DNA of 63,945 nucleotides, counting the filler, from Atractiella rhizophila (taxonomy: Eukaryota), in assembly GCA_021432655.1 (NCBI GenBank). It is 14 parts of 12 records of this genome, joined end to end, with 100 filler letters (N's around TTAATTAATTAA, not from the genome) between each part and the next. Parts side by side here need not be neighbours in the genome. Positions count along the whole stretch, not along the records: positions 62,620 to 63,945 come from MU272329.1; 13 more parts are not named here. One strand, written 5' to 3'. Below the pieces are notes generated by a model. It ran no database searches. It had not been told where the DNA came from and worked only from the letters and a program-made list of their open reading frames with translations. Positions 62,620-63,945 of this stretch are shown here, piece by piece. Numbering within the stretch: the first letter of the stretch is position 1; each line of letters begins with the position of its first letter. The position numbers were made by a program, and so were the translations under genes.

Positions 62620-63900
62620 TTCGCCTTCGCATGCGCGTTTGCGGCTCCTGTACCCCGAATCCTCTTCTTCGGCGGAGGAGGTGGTAAGATGGCAGAAGCG
62701 TCGTCCTCGTCCCTCTGACGCTTCGTGGACACCCCCTGTCTCCTCCTCTCCGTCGTCGTCGGGGTATCATGTTTCGATGTGGTGGCGGGTTTTGCTCCTT
62801 GGGCAGGCGGTATCGATGCTGGTTGCAAGGAGGGAACAGAGGCGGGAGGAGCGGAGTTGTCAGGGAGAAACTGCTTAAATTCGGCTAGCAAGTCTGGCGC
62901 GTCTGCGAATAGCAGGGTCACGGAATGATAGACCTCTTGTATGGGCTTTGAATCTTTTTGGTATGTCTGAAGGATCTCAAGAAACTCTTTGTACGTCCTT
63001 GCGTCGTGTGCATACCTCCAGGGAGTAAAAATCAGTTGAGTACTGAGAAGGATAGAGAACAAGTAGCGTACCTTGTCTTGATTTTATTCACATAGTTAAT
63101 AGCGTGATTAAACTCGACCGCTCCTTTCGATCCATTGGCACCTGCGTTCAGGACGCTAGCAGCTCCAGGCGTGACCAGAGGAGCAGCACTTTGGGTTGGA
63201 GCCATCAAATCTTGAGAGACTTGGGTGGGCATAGAGATATGAGATGGATGTGCTACACCCGTATGGTTACGCGGCTGAGGGGTTGGCGACAGCTGGGGGA
63301 TAGACGTTGAAATTCTGGTGGCTATGTCACTTGACCCAGATCCAATCGTCGTTCCATTCATGAGATTCGGGCTTGAAATCCCGTTCAAATGCTGATGCAC
63401 CCCATTTGCTTGCGTCCGACTAACATCAAAGATGATGTGAGCTTCGGGAAGCAAAGGTGTCGTAAGGGACGGGAATGCGTACCCTCCTTGAGGCAGAAAG
63501 TTGTGAAAACCTTCCATCAGGTTCTGGTGCTGACTGAAGAGCAAAGACACTCGGGAAACTACTTGTTCCGTGTTCAAGCTATTACTGCTCGTGAGCAAGT
63601 ATCCATGCGCGAACAAAGACAACGAACTTTCCGGTCTTAAACTCTCTCATCACATCCAAGAACCTGGCAACAACACCAGTCTACCCGGTCAACCAGAGAA
63701 TGATGGAGCGGACTCACTCATTGTACGTCTCAGGCTTGTCTGCAAAAGTCGTTTTCACTTGGTCCAGATCTGCGTAGACACTTGTCAGTGGAAGTTGTGA
63801 AGTAAAAGGTTCAATTACACCCAAGAGCTATCCTTTCATTCACGACTCCTCCCAATACCTGTGGGAATGTTTCCATTACTACGTTTGCTGGCAGAGACAT
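62620..63900 (-). CDS. SIN3: Sin3 corepressor, 5' part (PAH1 and PAH2)
   Basis: ALGY|LDQVK..FLDVMREFK..VVSRVSLLFSQHQNLMEGFHNFLP; VEFNHAINYVNKIKTRY..TYKEFLEILQTYQK..DLLAEFKQFLP. Confidence 0.95.
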
Positions 63901-63945
63901 CCCTCCTGCTCAATACTCGTTCGCCTCGATCCTCTTGATTGGTCT

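Overview
Intron-rich fungal (basidiomycete, probably Pucciniomycotina; inferred from gene content and GTRYGT/CTRAC/YAG splice signals) genomic DNA. It is not one locus. Thirteen identical 100-nt spacers (N44-TTAATTAATTAA-N44) join 14 separate fragments of about 1.3-6.4 kb, so gene order is only meaningful within a fragment. Hand-spliced gene models give about 30 genes, mostly housekeeping: xylulokinase-like, KIN1, uL15m, a Sel1-repeat protein, aldo-keto reductase, FunK1 kinase, Zn-ADH, RNF5-like E3, UBX protein, enoyl-CoA hydratase, V-ATPase subunit f, STE12, MRPL6, COQ8, Pil1-like, MFS transporter, TBCC, MOD5, Csm1/Pcs1, NUP188, MRD1, a Zn2Cys6 factor, EDE1, NOP1, PP4R1-like and SIN3. There is also a VAC8 pseudogene. 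The most interesting signals are mostly invisible in the ORF track: (1) a tandem pair of small secreted, Kex2-site-containing 8-Cys proteins carrying one or two copies of a hyper-conserved disulfide-loop module; (2) a monopolin (Csm1-like) subunit that starts with a histone-H3-tail mimic, MARTKQ; (3) a spliced Costars/ABRACL gene; (4) two 800-900 nt introns, one hairpin-rich, in a genome of about 60-nt introns; (5) a recent exon+intron tandem duplication in the fibrillarin RGG domain; (6) an STE12-MRPL6-COQ8 block that may come from the mating-type P/R region. Homopolymer indels are common and look like sequencing error. All family assignments are from motif recognition; no database searches were run.
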